Source: an uncultured bacterium | GTDB taxonomy: Bacteria; Cyanobacteriota; Vampirovibrionia; Gastranaerophilales; Gastranaerophilaceae | DNA length: 64,000 bases | Reading direction: 5' to 3' | Assembly: GCA_902777855.1 (NCBI GenBank) | Contig: CACYVN010000005.1 | Span: 6,320-70,319 of the forward strand | Part shown: one piece after another, positions 17,898 to 28,376 of the stretch | Position numbering within the stretch: the first letter of the stretch is position 1 | How the letters are laid out: the number at the start of each line of letters is the position of its first letter | Notes under the pieces: model-generated | What the model was told of the DNA's origin: nothing | Database searches by the model: none | What the model saw: the letters and a program-made list of their open reading frames with translations, nothing else | Translations under genes and position numbers: made by a program

Positions 17898-18392
17898 ATG
17901 GATTTGAAAGACAAAGCTTCAAAAATAAAACTTCTTGTTTTTGACGTTGACGGCGTTATGACAGACGGCAGTATTACATATGACGAAAACGGAATTGAAT
18001 ACAAGACCTTTAATGCAAAAGACGGTCACGGGCTTGCAAAAATGATTAAAAGCGGTCTTATGACAGCAGTTATAACAGGCAGAAAAAACGGAACTGTTGA
18101 CAGGCGTGCCGTTGATTTAAGATTTACCGAAGTTTATCAGGGCGTAAAAAATAAATTACCTATACTTGAGGCTATTATGCAGAAATATGAGCTTGATTAT
18201 TCTCAGGTTTCGTATATGGGAGATGATGAACCAGATATTCCGGTACTTGAAAAAGTCGGACTGTCAGCCTGCCCCTCAGATGCGGTAAAAAAAGTTCGTA
18301 ATATATGCGATTTTGTATCCTCAAAAGACGGAGGCAAAGGCGCAGTCAGAGAGTTATGCGATTTGGTTTACGAATCACAATTTGAAAATTAA
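17898..18392 (+). CDS. kdsC: 3-deoxy-D-manno-octulosonate 8-phosphate phosphatase (HAD-IIIA, KdsC)
   Basis: LLVFDVDGVMTDG, ..GDDxxD.. and the 164-aa size fit KdsC. Confidence 0.85.
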   Translation: MDLKDKASKIKLLVFDVDGVMTDGSITYDENGIEYKTFNAKDGHGLAKMIKSGLMTAVITGRKNGTVDRRAVDLRFTEVYQGVKNKLPILEAIMQKYELDYSQVSYMGDDEPDIPVLEKVGLSACPSDAVKKVRNICDFVSSKDGGKGAVRELCDLVYESQFEN

Positions 18393-18406
18393 TATAGGAG
18401 TATAAA

Positions 18407-18769
18407 ATGTACGAAATTAAAACACAGGCATTTTTTTCAGCAGCACATCATTTGTTAAATTATGACGGCGCATGTGAAAATCAGCATGGTCATAACTGGA
18501 TGGTTGAAGCATTTGTTCGTGGCGAAGCGTTAGATAAAAGTAATATTTTAATTGATTACAAAGTTTTAAAAAGAGAACTGAACGAAGTATTAAGCGGACT
18601 TGATCATAAAGATATAAACGAACTCCCTGATTTTAAAGGAGAAAGTCCGTCAAGCGAAATGATAGCATCTTATATTTATACAAAACTGAAAGAAAAAATC
18701 GTTCAGTTACACAAGGTTTCTGTTTGGGAAACTCAGACATCATGTTGTTCATATTTTGAGGAAGAGTAA
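18407..18769 (+). CDS. queD: 6-carboxy-5,6,7,8-tetrahydropterin synthase
   Basis: FSAAHHLLNYDGACENQHGHNW signature. 120 aa. Confidence 0.9.
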   Translation: MYEIKTQAFFSAAHHLLNYDGACENQHGHNWMVEAFVRGEALDKSNILIDYKVLKRELNEVLSGLDHKDINELPDFKGESPSSEMIASYIYTKLKEKIVQLHKVSVWETQTSCCSYFEEE

Positions 18770-18776
18770 TTAATAA

Positions 18777-19622
18777 ATGCCGATTTTACAGACAATTTTA
18801 ATGGGAATAGTTCAGGGGTTGAGCGAATTTTTGCCAATTTCAAGCTCTGCGCATCTGGTTTTTACATCAAATTTTTATAAAGTTTTTAAAAATATTGAGA
18901 TAGTTCAGCAATCAAATGAAGAAATTTTTCTTGACATAATGCTTCATTTGGGAACACTAATTGCAGTTATTATATTTTTCAGAAAAGATATTTGGGAGAT
19001 TTGCAAATCCTTGTTTTTTGCGTGCAAAAACAAGGATTTTTCCGAAAAAAATGCTAAACTCGGGATTTATATAATTATCGGTACTGTTATAACCATTGCT
19101 CTTGCACTTCCGATTGATGATGTTGCAGAACATCTTGTGTATCACCCTGCACTGGTCGGCGGATTATTAATTTTGACCGGCTTTGTTTTGTTTTTCAGTG
19201 AATATTTATCTAAAAAAAGAACTGAAAAATTTGACACTCCGAACTTAAAACAATCAATTTTAATAGGTTTGGCACAAGGTTTAGCGGTACTTCCGGGGTT
19301 TTCACGCTCCGGGTGGACAATTGCAACAGGTTTGTTTGCCGGTTTAAACCGCGAAACAGCCGCAAGATATTCATTTTTGTTAAGTATTCCTATAATTTTA
19401 GGTGCATCAATGGTTTATCCTCTGATAAAAATTGATGTAAAAGAAGCATTGACTTATAACTGGATTGCAATAATTTTGGGAACGATAGTTTCTGCTATAG
19501 TCGGATATTTTTGTATTAAATATTTTATGAAATTTATTTCAAAATTTTCTCTTAATATATTCGCCTGGTATTGCGTATTGATGGGAGTTTTCACTTCAGT
19601 ATTTTTCACAATTTTTAAATAA
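18777..19622 (+). CDS. uppP: Undecaprenyl-diphosphate phosphatase
   Basis: GLSEFLPISSSAHL and PGFSRSG motifs. Polytopic membrane protein, 281 aa. Confidence 0.93.
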   Translation: MPILQTILMGIVQGLSEFLPISSSAHLVFTSNFYKVFKNIEIVQQSNEEIFLDIMLHLGTLIAVIIFFRKDIWEICKSLFFACKNKDFSEKNAKLGIYIIIGTVITIALALPIDDVAEHLVYHPALVGGLLILTGFVLFFSEYLSKKRTEKFDTPNLKQSILIGLAQGLAVLPGFSRSGWTIATGLFAGLNRETAARYSFLLSIPIILGASMVYPLIKIDVKEALTYNWIAIILGTIVSAIVGYFCIKYFMKFISKFSLNIFAWYCVLMGVFTSVFFTIFK

Positions 19623-19711
19623 AATTATATTAAAAATTGTAAATTTAATATTCTTATAATGTCAAAAAAAAATATTGACATGCATTCTAAATATCGTAAA
19701 GCGGAGTTGAC

Positions 19712-20743
19712 ATGATTTTACCGGTAAGTAATTTCGACAAACAAAATATGAATTTTATGGGCAATGACTCTAAGGAAAATAATCTTCCTAAGAGCGATAC
19801 CCTTTTAAAAAATAATTTTTCGACCCGCACAAGAATTGCAATGGACAAATTTACCAAAGCATTTACCGTTTATCCTGCAAGAGGACTAAAAGGGAGCATC
19901 AATTCCGACTTTTATGAATTTTTGACAATGGGAACAGTTCCTTATGTTGTCGGCAGTTTGACTTTAATGTCCGTATTTAATTCCGCAGCAAAACATTTTG
20001 AGTCTTTCGGGCAATCGGCAGCATACAAGCTCGGAAATAAAATGGCTCTTGGGGTTGTTTTCTATGCTTTAGCAAAAACATTATCTAAATCACTTGTAAA
20101 TTTACCCGTTAAATGGGCAACCGGTATTGATACACAACTTCCGTATTTAAAAGTAAATCATCAACTCCCTGAAAGCAAAGATGATTTTGATTTGACAAGT
20201 TATGAATATCATAAAGTCGGCGAAAGTGTTGAATTTACCCGCTGGGATCTATTGTATGGAGATCCCAACGACAAGCGTGAATTAAACAAACGTTTCGATA
20301 AAATTGCAAGACGCAACGGTTTAGGTACAAATTTAAACGATTCCGATCAGGCTGTAAAACCTGTTTATAAAGAAGTTCTTGTAAAATCTTCACTGGCGCG
20401 CACGATGTCATCATATTTATGGGCTGCAGCTGGAGTTTGCCTTGCATTCCAAAAACCTTGGGAAACATATTTTAATGTTGCAACAGGAAAAATCTGGAAT
20501 ACAAAAGATTTTGCTCATTCTTTAAAAGTTTTTGGTGAAAGTTTCATTGAGAGTGCAAAAGAATTTTATAATCCTAAAAATCCAAAAACACTACTTGAAA
20601 AATATTCCGGAAAAGGGGTTATTGCACTTGCAGCACTTGCCACAGTAGCAGGGGTCATGAATACTTTAAATATAAATAAAAAGCCGTCAAAAGTAACAGA
20701 AAAAGATGTTATGGATAAAAACAAAGAAAGTGTGGTCGGATAA
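19712..20743 (+). CDS. Hypothetical membrane protein (first gene of a 4-gene coupled operon)
   Basis: 343 aa. ggag SD. Hydrophobic segments. The stop overlaps the next start (ATAATG). Confidence 0.6.
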   Translation: MILPVSNFDKQNMNFMGNDSKENNLPKSDTLLKNNFSTRTRIAMDKFTKAFTVYPARGLKGSINSDFYEFLTMGTVPYVVGSLTLMSVFNSAAKHFESFGQSAAYKLGNKMALGVVFYALAKTLSKSLVNLPVKWATGIDTQLPYLKVNHQLPESKDDFDLTSYEYHKVGESVEFTRWDLLYGDPNDKRELNKRFDKIARRNGLGTNLNDSDQAVKPVYKEVLVKSSLARTMSSYLWAAAGVCLAFQKPWETYFNVATGKIWNTKDFAHSLKVFGESFIESAKEFYNPKNPKTLLEKYSGKGVIALAALATVAGVMNTLNINKKPSKVTEKDVMDKNKESVVG

Positions 20744-23376
20744 TGAGAACTAATTTAATCCAGTCATACTTACAAAATAATACTCAGGCTATTCAGCAAT
20801 ATCATTCCGATAATGCAAGAAGAAATTTTGATGTTAAAAAAGAACTCACAAACAGAACATTTATCAAACCGTTACCAAGTAACGGACATCTTGTAAGGAA
20901 TTCTTTATTTGATATTCCGTCTGAAATTTTTAAAGATATAAAATATAGTGCAAAAGCGCTGCATCATTCGATAAAAGGGAAGGCAAATGATAACGAGCTC
21001 GGGCATTTGAATGATTTGGGTATGAAACTCGGCGGACTTACCATTGCAACATATTTATTCTCAAGGAAATTTGCCCCGCTTGCAAAATCTATGGAATTTG
21101 TAGGACTTGTTTCGTTCTTTGCGGCAATGGATATATGGCCAAAACTGGCTCTGCAACTGCCTGCATATTTAATTCACGGCTTTGATATAAGACAACAGTA
21201 TCGTGATAACTATGGAACTAAAAAACCTGTATTCCAAGACCATCAATTTATACCATGGGATTTATATTCCGATGAAGAAATAAACAAAATTGGTGACCGT
21301 TTAAGAGTTCCAAAGGATATGAAAAACCGCAGAGACTTTATTCAGGAAAAAATGAGAAAAATTGCCCTCCAGAATAATACTATGTGGATGCTAACTGCAG
21401 GTTTTGCAACTCCGATAATGAGTGCTCTTATTTGCGAAGGGTTAAAAGACCCAATTCACAATTATCAGGACAGAAAATTGAATAAAAAAGCAAATGCGCT
21501 TTTAAGTAATTTTAATAACGAAATTGCAAAATATGATTTTTCTCAAAAGAATGAAGCTCTCAACGAGTTACTTGAAAATCATAAAGGACAACCTATAACC
21601 TCAGAACTTTTTGATGAAATTTCAAAAGCTGTTTCAAAAGGTATGGATTCAATTACAGCAGGGGAAATAAGTAAAGATTTAAAAGATGTTATTATGCAAA
21701 AAGGTGTAAATATTTCAAAAAGCACATTTGAAAATATCAGTGAATCATTAAAAGATGTGCTTCAGGGTATACCTGAAAATGAAAAGAAAGAATTTATTCC
21801 AAGTGCCGATGAAATTATTGCAAAACTTGATGATGGCAAACGTAGTGCAATTGCATCAGGAGAAGTTATTTCAAATCAAACTGAATTTTCTTCTTATGTA
21901 AAAGCTTTAGAAGATGCCTTTGATGCTAAGATTAATGCTTTTGAACAGGCAAATCCCCAAAATCTGAATACCGAACGCGTAAGATTTATGGTTGATTCTA
22001 TGTTTGAATCAACAAATGGCGGAAAATCAGTTCTTGATAAATTCTTCAAATCAACTCCGTCTTCTGTTCTGACTGACAGTTCTATTCAAAACATAAAAGA
22101 AGTCAATAAAACTCTTAATACCTTCCACGCAAGACAAAGAGTACTGAATAAATATGCTTACCTTAAATCCGCACAAGCTCAGGAAACTTATCTTGCCAAT
22201 ACCTGGAACTCAATTTTAGACAGTGATATGCTCAAAACTCTCGGTATAACTGATAAGGATATATCGAAAACAAGGATGGATTCAAATCTTGTGAATAACC
22301 TTTTGAGAGAAAAATTTGAAGCGATTGTGTGTGATGATGCAAAATACAATGAAGTAATGGATAAGATTATTGAAAAACTTAACTTCCTTGAAGACAGAAC
22401 AAAATTTGCACAATTTGACAAATATAATCCTGATGAAAAAAATCCTTACAAAACTTATGTTGATACGACATTTGATGAAGCGGCAGACAATTTAAAACAA
22501 AAAGGGATGAAAAATACAGCAAGACGCCTCAAAGGTTATGATGTTCCAAACGGTGTCGATACTCACACTCTGAAAGATCTACAATTATCATTTGTACAGG
22601 ACAGAGTAAGAGGCGTAAAAAGCTCATTCTATCGCTTGCTAAATACTCTTGATTTCTTTAAACGTGTGTCCGATAAAGAGCACTTGGATTCTTTAAAAGA
22701 ATATAATTACACTGATGCGAGCGGAAATCTGTTAAAACATGTTGATTTTACACGCCAGATAAAAGAAGAAATGGTAGAAATGTCTAAACAGCTACTTCTC
22801 GGTGGTCGTTCTTCGGATTATGCCGTTAAATTCTTCTTCCTTAGAAATCCGGAATTAAATCCTGATAATCTGACGGATGAACAAAGAAGATTATTGTTCT
22901 CAGATATCCAGACTAATATGGGTAAAATGGTAAATGAATTTTACGGAAAACAGGCGCTTAATCAACTCGCAGACAATCCTCACGACAGAATATTCTACGA
23001 TTCTGCAATGAGATTGATGTACAGTGACAGATTAAGTGATAAGACTAAAAACAAAATTGAAAATTCAATGTTTTTCAAGAACTTTGAACAGTACAGGAAA
23101 GAATTGTTCAGCTATTTGGGCGGAGATGAATATTTCACCAAAAAAAGCCACAAAGTTGCCGGCGGAAGTGCTGATTCAACAACGGAATTCAGATTCCAGT
23201 TATTAGGCAGCGCCGTTGACGATATGTTTACAAAATTATTCAACCAAAAATTTAACAGTAAAACATGGTTAAAAATGTTTGGCGGATTTGGAGCAGGATT
23301 GCTCGGTTTGACAGTTCTTTCACAGTTCTTTATGGGTAAAATGCCGAAAGATAAAATCGTTAAGGAGAATGAATAA
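20743..23376 (+). CDS. Large hypothetical membrane protein (877 aa)
   Basis: Long uninterrupted ORF. TM segments near residues 95-230 and at the C-terminus (FGGFGAGLLGLTVLSQFF). The stop overlaps the next start. Confidence 0.65.
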   Translation: MRTNLIQSYLQNNTQAIQQYHSDNARRNFDVKKELTNRTFIKPLPSNGHLVRNSLFDIPSEIFKDIKYSAKALHHSIKGKANDNELGHLNDLGMKLGGLTIATYLFSRKFAPLAKSMEFVGLVSFFAAMDIWPKLALQLPAYLIHGFDIRQQYRDNYGTKKPVFQDHQFIPWDLYSDEEINKIGDRLRVPKDMKNRRDFIQEKMRKIALQNNTMWMLTAGFATPIMSALICEGLKDPIHNYQDRKLNKKANALLSNFNNEIAKYDFSQKNEALNELLENHKGQPITSELFDEISKAVSKGMDSITAGEISKDLKDVIMQKGVNISKSTFENISESLKDVLQGIPENEKKEFIPSADEIIAKLDDGKRSAIASGEVISNQTEFSSYVKALEDAFDAKINAFEQANPQNLNTERVRFMVDSMFESTNGGKSVLDKFFKSTPSSVLTDSSIQNIKEVNKTLNTFHARQRVLNKYAYLKSAQAQETYLANTWNSILDSDMLKTLGITDKDISKTRMDSNLVNNLLREKFEAIVCDDAKYNEVMDKIIEKLNFLEDRTKFAQFDKYNPDEKNPYKTYVDTTFDEAADNLKQKGMKNTARRLKGYDVPNGVDTHTLKDLQLSFVQDRVRGVKSSFYRLLNTLDFFKRVSDKEHLDSLKEYNYTDASGNLLKHVDFTRQIKEEMVEMSKQLLLGGRSSDYAVKFFFLRNPELNPDNLTDEQRRLLFSDIQTNMGKMVNEFYGKQALNQLADNPHDRIFYDSAMRLMYSDRLSDKTKNKIENSMFFKNFEQYRKELFSYLGGDEYFTKKSHKVAGGSADSTTEFRFQLLGSAVDDMFTKLFNQKFNSKTWLKMFGGFGAGLLGLTVLSQFFMGKMPKDKIVKENE

Positions 23377-25094
23377 TGATTTCTAATGTCACTACAAACT
23401 TAATAGCGTTAAAATTAAATTCTCCTTACCATCAGGTAAAGAAAAATACTGTTGCAAATAGTTCTAACCCTGCATTTTCAGGTTCGAATTTAATACAGGA
23501 TTTTTTGGAAAATCAGGCTGTAATTAATGCTCCGGTTGTTACACCGATTCAGACTGCTGCAGATTCTAATTATAAAAACAATTTGAGAACACTTTTTACT
23601 ACAAACAGTGCCAAAATTCTCGCGATTTTGCCAAGAACATTTACTGCAGACGATAAAAACGATAACGGTTATATTGACGGAAAAGAAAAAGCCGGGACAT
23701 TTCTTAGTGCAATATCAAGATTAGACGAAGTAAAAGCTCAGGGCTTTAATACTTTGCATGTTTTACCTATAAATCCTCCCGGCAAAGACAATGCTATGGG
23801 TACGGCAGGTTCTGTTTATTCACCTGAAGATTTATTAAAAATTGACCCTGTTTTAATCGATAAAAACGATCCTCGTTCGGATAAAGAACAATTTAAAGCA
23901 TTTGTTGACGAATGTCACAAAAGAGGTTTAAAAGTAATGGTTGATATGCCAAGTTGCGCATCATATAACCTTTACAAAGAGAAACCTGAACTTATGGCAA
24001 TAGAAAACGGGATTCCTAAAACTCCGCAGGGCTGGGAAGACATCAGAATGTTTCAGCCATGGGATGATGAAGGTAAAAGAACACTAAATCCTAAACTTCT
24101 TGAATATCACAGAGAATTTGTAGATATGATGATAGATGCAGGAGTTGACGGCATCAGAGCCGATGTTGCAAGAGCTAAGCCTGTTGAATTTTGGGATATC
24201 ATTATTCCGTATTCAAGAAAAAGAGATCCGGAATTTGCATGGCTTGCTGAAACTTACACTTATGAAGATGCATCTCCTCAGGCAAATATGCCGTTTGACA
24301 GACCTGAAGATTCTTTGCGTGCAGGGTTTGATGCTTATTACGGACAATATCATATTTTCCATGAATGGCAAAGCGCAAAAGATTTACACGATTATGTAAT
24401 TGATAATCTGAATATGTCATACAGAGTAGACACAGGTAAATCTTTAATCGGTTCATTTGCAACTCACGATGATGTTTCTCCGATGTTCCATGGAGGAGAA
24501 GTTTATTGTAACTTAACATCAGGCTTGCAGGCAACTTTACCGATGATGAATCCTTATATTGTTGACGGTTTCCAATCCGGTGATTATTACGTTTATCCGT
24601 ACAGGAATACTTACAATCCTGATACTATGACTGATAACCACGAAATGACAGCTCATCAGGGGAAACTTGATATATTCAACCTGTCAAGGCGCCCCGGCGG
24701 GAAAGAACCTCAAATCGGCAAATTTATGACCGAGTGTTTTAAATTCAGAGATAAATATGACGATATAATGCGTCGCGGTTCTTATATAATTCTTAATAAA
24801 GAAAAAGACAAACAGGATCAGGTTATTGCATTTGCCCGTCACAGACAGGGAAGAACAGTTCTTGTTCTTGCAAATAAAGATGTAAATCACCCTGTTGCAT
24901 GCAAAGTAAGTATTCCGACACTTAAATCAACTCAAAAGCTTGAAAATCTGCTTCCAAAATATGGAGAAGAAAGTAAATTTCAGGTAAATGATGATAGTAT
25001 TTCCGTAGTTTTAGGTCCGGGAAGAATACATGCATTTGAAATAGATACTCCTAATATTCAGCTTTATTCAGATAAGGTTTACAAACAGCACTAA
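23376..25094 (+). CDS. GH13 alpha-amylase-family glycoside hydrolase with a roughly 90-aa N-terminal extension
   Basis: GFNTLHVLPINP, GVDGIRADVA (nucleophile Asp region), AWLAETY (acid/base Glu), SFATHDD conserved regions. Confidence 0.85.
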   Translation: MISNVTTNLIALKLNSPYHQVKKNTVANSSNPAFSGSNLIQDFLENQAVINAPVVTPIQTAADSNYKNNLRTLFTTNSAKILAILPRTFTADDKNDNGYIDGKEKAGTFLSAISRLDEVKAQGFNTLHVLPINPPGKDNAMGTAGSVYSPEDLLKIDPVLIDKNDPRSDKEQFKAFVDECHKRGLKVMVDMPSCASYNLYKEKPELMAIENGIPKTPQGWEDIRMFQPWDDEGKRTLNPKLLEYHREFVDMMIDAGVDGIRADVARAKPVEFWDIIIPYSRKRDPEFAWLAETYTYEDASPQANMPFDRPEDSLRAGFDAYYGQYHIFHEWQSAKDLHDYVIDNLNMSYRVDTGKSLIGSFATHDDVSPMFHGGEVYCNLTSGLQATLPMMNPYIVDGFQSGDYYVYPYRNTYNPDTMTDNHEMTAHQGKLDIFNLSRRPGGKEPQIGKFMTECFKFRDKYDDIMRRGSYIILNKEKDKQDQVIAFARHRQGRTVLVLANKDVNHPVACKVSIPTLKSTQKLENLLPKYGEESKFQVNDDSISVVLGPGRIHAFEIDTPNIQLYSDKVYKQH

Positions 25095-25115
25095 TATAAA
25101 GAATAGCGAGGAAAA

Positions 25116-26066
25116 ATGGTAAGGATAACTAAATGTGTAAATAATTTCTTTTACAAACCGATAAGACTTATGGAAAAAGCAGGAAGTAAAACAGCCGGTG
25201 GCGGAACTCCAAAACCTCTTCCGATAGAGGTTCGTATGGTTCCGAAATATTTGGAACTTGCAACCTACAGGGGTAAAGACAGATTTAATCACGAAGAAAT
25301 TAACGAAATAACAAAACTTGTACAAGAACGCAAATCAAGAGGGATTTCACCTACAGATCTTGTAAAAAATCTGCTTGATATAGGCAAAGATAACGGCAAT
25401 ATATTGTCTGCGAAAGAAATAAAAGACTTTTTTGAAGTAACCTCTGCGGGCTATGGCAAACAGGAGCAAAGCAAACTTTTGAGATTTATGAAATCATTGA
25501 AAGAAGGTCAAAAGCCGGCTCAAAAATCTCTTTTTGGTGTTTTATCCGACAATAAGAGTTTTTGTGAAGGAAAACCAAACTCAACAAGCGACTATGTATC
25601 CTTCAATAACAGACTTTTAACAAAAGCCATCAGTAAATCTGAAAAACCTGAGACTTTAGCAAGAGTATTTGAAATAACAGGAAGCATTCATAATGAACTT
25701 CTTGATGTTGAATATGCAACCGAGTTCGTAAATCACCTGACCGAATTATATACAAAAACTAAAAAACCCGCGTTGCTTTTGGATTTTAATAGGGTATTCT
25801 GTTCGTGGGAAGTAGAACAAATATTAGCCAAAATGAAAGAACCGGGATATAAGTTACCGGAATATAAATTCCCGCTGACAAAACCGGATTATGCCAATTC
25901 AAGTTTGAGAAAACACGCTGAAATTACAAAACAACAAAAAGAAGTATTGGATTATCTCGGTCTTAAAGGCAAAGTTACATTAGTCGGATTTTACCGTGAA
26001 TATGTGGATGCTATGAGTTCAAAAGTTTTGAGGAAAGGCAATTTTGAGGGCGGTAAAAAACGCTAA
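25116..26066 (+). CDS. Hypothetical protein
   Basis: 316-aa ORF starting 21 nt after the GH13 gene, with a gaggaaaaATG SD. No recognisable domain. Confidence 0.55.
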   Translation: MVRITKCVNNFFYKPIRLMEKAGSKTAGGGTPKPLPIEVRMVPKYLELATYRGKDRFNHEEINEITKLVQERKSRGISPTDLVKNLLDIGKDNGNILSAKEIKDFFEVTSAGYGKQEQSKLLRFMKSLKEGQKPAQKSLFGVLSDNKSFCEGKPNSTSDYVSFNNRLLTKAISKSEKPETLARVFEITGSIHNELLDVEYATEFVNHLTELYTKTKKPALLLDFNRVFCSWEVEQILAKMKEPGYKLPEYKFPLTKPDYANSSLRKHAEITKQQKEVLDYLGLKGKVTLVGFYREYVDAMSSKVLRKGNFEGGKKR

Positions 26067-26069
26067 ATT

Positions 26070-27311
26070 TTACTTATCGCTTATATAACCGTTGATTGCA
26101 CTGTATGCCGCAACATAAGGAGATGAAAGATAAATAAAACCTTTTGTGTTGCCTAATCGGCCGATAAAGTTTCGGTTTTGAGTTGTCAGGCATACCTCGC
26201 CGTCTGCCAAAATTCCTGCATGAATTCCGACGCAAGGTCCGCAACCGGGCGGTAGAATCGTTGCATTTGCATCTATAAAGGTTTCTAACAATCCTTCTTT
26301 TAATGCCTGTTTATAAACGGTTCTTGATGCGGGGCAAATTAGCATCCGCACACCGTCATGAACTTTTTTGCCTTTCAAAATATTTGCAACAGTTCTCATA
26401 TCTTCAATTCTGCCGTTTGTGCATGTACCGACATAAACCTGATTAACCTTTACATCATTGAGTTCTCTTGCAAGTTTTGTATTATCAACGGTATGGGGGC
26501 ATGAAACGGTATGTTCAATTGTTGATGCATCAATTTCAATAATTCTTTCATAGATTGCATCTTCATCAGGTTCAAGTGTTGAGAACTTATCCCCTCTGCC
26601 TTTTTCTTCCAAATATGCTTTTGTCTTTTCATCCGCAACAAAAAGACCGCATTTTGCTCCCGCTTCAACAGCCATATTTGCGATAGTAAAGCGCTCTGAC
26701 ATGCACATATTTTTGACTGCTTCGCCATGAAATTCCAAAGCCTTATATGTCGCACCATCGGCACCTATCATTCCGATAAGGTGTAAAATCAAATCTTTGG
26801 CACAAATTCCTTCTTTGAATTTACCGTTTACAACAACTTTAAAAGTTTGCGGAACTTTGAGCCAAGTTTTACCTAATGCCATTGCAACCGCAATGTCTGT
26901 TGAGCCCATGCCTGTTGCAAATGCGCCTAATGCTCCTGATGTACATGTATGAGAATCCGCACCGACCAAAATTTCACAAGGGTTTACAAATGATTCAACA
27001 AGTCTTTGGTGGCAAACTCCTGAACCGACTTCCGATAAAATTGCACCGTAATCTCTTGAAAAATCTCTCAAAGTCGTGTGCATATTTGATAATTCTTTTC
27101 TCGGACTTGGAGATGCATGGTCAATAAAAAGTATTGTTCTTTCAGGATTATACAATTTGTCTTTGCCCAGTTTTTTAAATTCCTCAACAGTTAAAGGTCC
27201 TGTTCCGTCTTGTACCGCACAGACATCTACTTTTGCTATTACAAGTTCACCCGCTCTGACTTTATGATCCGAATGAAGTGATATTATTTTTTCTACTAAA
27301 GTTTGTCCCAT
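26070..27311 (-). CDS. Aconitase-family dehydratase large subunit (3-isopropylmalate/homoaconitate dehydratase, LeuC/HacA type)
   Basis: 413 aa. DHASPSP.., GADSHTCT, CTNGRIEDMR, PGCGPCVG cluster-ligand regions of the short (archaeal-type) LeuC family. Confidence 0.85.
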   Translation of the reverse strand: MGQTLVEKIISLHSDHKVRAGELVIAKVDVCAVQDGTGPLTVEEFKKLGKDKLYNPERTILFIDHASPSPRKELSNMHTTLRDFSRDYGAILSEVGSGVCHQRLVESFVNPCEILVGADSHTCTSGALGAFATGMGSTDIAVAMALGKTWLKVPQTFKVVVNGKFKEGICAKDLILHLIGMIGADGATYKALEFHGEAVKNMCMSERFTIANMAVEAGAKCGLFVADEKTKAYLEEKGRGDKFSTLEPDEDAIYERIIEIDASTIEHTVSCPHTVDNTKLARELNDVKVNQVYVGTCTNGRIEDMRTVANILKGKKVHDGVRMLICPASRTVYKQALKEGLLETFIDANATILPPGCGPCVGIHAGILADGEVCLTTQNRNFIGRLGNTKGFIYLSSPYVAAYSAINGYISDK

Positions 27312-27391
27312 TAATTTGCCCTCTTTTTTACCATTTTAACACGAAGATAATTTTATAAGTCACATAAAAATATACCTTTAATTTCCTATGT

Positions 27392-27419
27392 AAAAAGACA
27401 GGGTAATAAATTTACCCTG
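27392..27419 (-). terminator. Intrinsic terminator after tpiA
   Basis: cagggtaa-taaat-ttaccctg hairpin, T-run on the minus strand. Confidence 0.7.
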
Positions 27420-27448
27420 CCCTTGATAATTGTTTAATTGTTTTGGCG

Positions 27449-28243
27449 TTAAACGGCGACCTTCATTGTTTTTTCGATAATTTCATTAAAGCTTTCGGCT
27501 TTTAAAGAAGCCCCTCCGATTAAAGCTCCGTCAATATCTGACTGAGCCATTTGTTCTTCAATTGTATTAGGTTTAACAGATCCGCCATAAAGGATTCTGA
27601 TAGCATCTGCCGCACTTTGACCTGCAACTTCTGCCACAACACCTCTAATCATTTTGATAACTCTGTTTGCTTCAATAGCATCACAAGATTTGCCTGTTCC
27701 GATTGCCCATATCGGTTCATAAGCAATAACTGATTTTGCAACATCTTCAGATGAAATACCTGCTAATGCAGCCCTGATTTGAGAAGCAATCCAGCTGTCA
27801 GTAATTCCGGATTCTCTTTGTTCTAATGATTCACCACAACAGATAATAGGAATCAAACCGCCCGCTAAAATTGCTTTTGCTTTTTTGTTAATCATTTCAT
27901 CAGTTTCAGAGAAATACTGTCTCCTTTCGGAATGACCGATAATAATATAAGAACACCCCGCATCTTTTGCCATTTCAACGGAAATTTCACCGGTGTATGC
28001 ACCTGATGCTTCCCAGTGGCAATTCTGAGCAGCTACTGCTAATTTTGTACCGTTACATCCGCAATCACAAGGAATTTCTTTTACCTGATTTAAACATGTA
28101 AATACAGGTGCAATAACTACTGACGGTAACTGAACAGCGCTATAATTTGAAACAAAAGAACTGATAGCTTCATACAATGCTTTTGCATCACTCTGGAGTA
28201 AATTCATTTTCCAGTTTCCAGCAATAATTGGTTTTCTTGACAT
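27449..28243 (-). CDS. tpiA: Triosephosphate isomerase
   Basis: IIAGNWKMN, IIGHSERR, AYEPIWAIGTG. Confidence 0.96.
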   Translation of the reverse strand: MSRKPIIAGNWKMNLLQSDAKALYEAISSFVSNYSAVQLPSVVIAPVFTCLNQVKEIPCDCGCNGTKLAVAAQNCHWEASGAYTGEISVEMAKDAGCSYIIIGHSERRQYFSETDEMINKKAKAILAGGLIPIICCGESLEQRESGITDSWIASQIRAALAGISSEDVAKSVIAYEPIWAIGTGKSCDAIEANRVIKMIRGVVAEVAGQSAADAIRILYGGSVKPNTIEEQMAQSDIDGALIGGASLKAESFNEIIEKTMKVAV

Positions 28244-28376
28244 AATAAAATCTCCTTTTTTATCTTATACATTCATAATGATTCTATATTAAACAAAAAT
28301 TTAATACAACAATATGCCTTATTGCATAAGAGTCTAAAATATTGTATAATCGTAAATATAAATTGGAGGTATTAAT

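Noticed and set aside
23649-23684. DKNDNGYIDGKE in the GH13 protein fits the EF-hand loop consensus.
   Set aside because: GH13 enzymes commonly have an Asp/Gly-rich segment at this position, just before the first barrel strand. There is no flanking helix-loop-helix pair, so I do not call a separate EF-hand domain.
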